NCBI RefSeq assembly: GCF_030144855.1
Contig: NC_082707.1
Location: 185,504,001-185,568,000 of the forward strand
Reading direction: 5' to 3'
Length of the DNA stretch: 64,000 nucleotides
DNA from: Hypanus sabinus
Taxonomy: Eukaryota
In this document: positions 62,179-64,000 of the stretch, piece after piece
Position numbering within the stretch: position 1 is the stretch's first letter
How the letters are laid out: each line of letters starts with the position of its first letter
Position numbers and translations under genes: made by a program
Notes under the pieces: generated by a model
Told to the model about the DNA's origin: nothing
Databases searched by the model: none
Seen by the model: the letters and a program-made list of their open reading frames with translations, nothing else

Positions 62179-64000
62179 TCTGTCCGTCTTTTGAGCTTTA
62201 GCACCATCGGGTCTTCTCCCTGGACGCAAGTCCATTCTGCACCTTCTTCGGGCTTTACGGGTCCCTTGATTCTCGCGGCGTGGGTCCACCCTTTTTCTTT
62301 TGTCCTTACTGCGGCTTCGGTGGTCAGTAGCACCTGGAATGGGCCTTCCCACTGCGGCTGTAACTTCTCTGGCTTCCAAGTCTTAATCAGGACCCAGTCA
62401 CCGGGCTGAGTTCGGTGGAGTCCAGAGGTGGGGTTTGTGCGAGTAACCCCTTCCTGCGCAATTCTGCAAAAGAACGAGATAGTGCCTGTAAATAGTCCCT
62501 TACAAAGACATCTCCCCCTTGCAGGGAAGGATAGCCCTCCACCTTGTTCCAATATGGAAGGCCAAACAACATTTCATAAGGGGATACTCCTATATCTTTT
62601 CGAGGAGCCGTGCGGATTCTTAGTAGGGCCAGGGGTAGACACTTGGTCCAGGGTAGCTTGGTTTCCATCATTAGTTTTGTCAATTGCGTCTTCAAAGTAC
62701 TGTTCATCCTCTCAACTCTTCCTGAGCTCTGAGGGTGCCAGGGGGTGTGCAGCTTCCACTGGATTCCTAAGGCGTCACAGATTAGATGGTGTGTTTTTGA
62801 GGCAAAGTGTGTTCCCCTATCTGAATCAATAGACCCCATTATTCCATATCTTGGGACTATATTTTCTAATAGGATCCGTGCCACTGTAGGGGCGTCCGCT
62901 TTAGTGGTTGGGAATGCTTCCACCCACCGAGTGAAGTGATCCACAATTACTAACAGGTACTTCCATCTCTGAACTTGTGGTAGTTCCGTAAAGTCTATTT
63001 GGATCCGATGGAACGGTCGGACGGCTAGTGTTTGTCCCCCCTTATGGGTGGCACGCATCATTTTCTTGATTACCTTTTGGCAGGTGTAACAGCCCCACAC
63101 CTCCTGTTGAGCTAGTGTGAATATCGCTTTACAAACATAGTCCCTTAGGATAGTGTCGCACATAGCTTGCACTCCCCAATGGCTTTGTTGGTGTAGTTGT
63201 TGCAGTATATGACGAGTTACTTCCTTATTCAGTACTTGCCGTCCGTCGGGGGTCTTCCACTCGCCTTCTGATGTTTGTCGGGCTCCCCTATTGATTCCCC
63301 GTATAAGAACTGTGCCGGGTTACAACTATTGTTCCTTTCAAAGCTTACATCATCCCCGACCATCAGAATGGTTTCGTATTTCAGTATGCGAGAGTCCGTC
63401 AACCACCGCTGAGTTTTTTGGGCTAAGAGGGTGCTAACGGAGTGCGGGGTATACACCGTCATTCTTCCCCCAAAGGTTAATTTCCGTGCTTCTTCTACTA
63501 GTACGGCTGCTGCCGCTACGGCTTGTATGCACGTCGGCCATCCCCGGGATACCGGGTCTAACATTTTTGATAAAAAGGCCACAGGTTGCCGCTTTCCTCC
63601 TTTTTCTTGGGTTAGTACTCCTAACGCAGTTCCTTCATTGTTTGTTGCATACAGCTGAAAGGGCTTTTCCAGTGCTGGCAGTGTTAATACCGGGGCCCGA
63701 ATTAGTTGCCCTTTTATTTTCCTGAACTTCTGTTCTTCTTCTTCGGTCCAGCTGATTATTCCCCGGTCTTCCTTTGCCAATTTGTCGTACATAAACTTCA
63801 CCAGGGAGGTATAATTCTCTATCCAAATCCGGCAATAGCCCACTAAGCCCAGAAATTGTCTTATTTCCTTCTTTGTTCTGGGAAGCGGTATTTTAGTTAT
63901 TCCCGCTATTCTTTCTGGGGTTATTTGGCGGTGCCCTTTACTGACTCTGTGTCCGAGATATGTTATTTCCTTCTCGACAAATTGCAGTTTCTTCTTGGAC
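62175..64000 (-). pseudogene. pol: ERV pol (RT C-terminus/connection + integrase; RNase H deleted), class I HERV-I-like; runs off the window end
   Basis: YLGH, RQFLGLVGYCRIWI, PVAFLSKMLDPVSRGWPTC; HQQSHWG..C..C, IQIDFTELP, IDSDRGTHF, HPQSSGRVERMN, WEGPFQVLLTT. Confidence 0.97.

Overview
Repeat-dense, non-coding vertebrate DNA, most likely from a cartilaginous fish (ray or shark). That assignment is inferred from the abundance of CR1 LINE 3' fragments, V-SINE/HE1-type SINEs, REX1/Babar tails and Penelope remnants. No host protein-coding gene could be identified with confidence; nearly all ORFs in the track are transposon relics or noise. Main content: (1) a decayed Gypsy LTR retrotransposon (11.7-16.0 kb) whose 5' LTR, PBS and flank were inverted after insertion; (2) a permuted PPT-LTR-PBS non-autonomous LTR element with a nested solo LTR (29.4-32.7 kb); (3) a full-length, young but inactivated DD34E Tc1 transposon (37846-39443), plus Tc1 fragments, Tc1 MITEs and a Harbinger-derived element; (4) the 3' part of a HERV-I/ERV3-like class I endogenous retrovirus (61174-64000, minus strand) with clean deletions of RNase H and most of env; (5) about ten dispersed Penelope-derived pLTR copies carrying a minimal type I hammerhead ribozyme core, some present as tiny non-coding, TSD-flanked, fold-back insertions. 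Item 5 is the best candidate for an under-described mobile RNA system. A repeat-poor island with RFX X-box motifs at ~23.0-23.4 kb is the best candidate host regulatory element. Coordinates were read by eye, and repeat boundaries are approximate unless defined by TIRs or TSDs.
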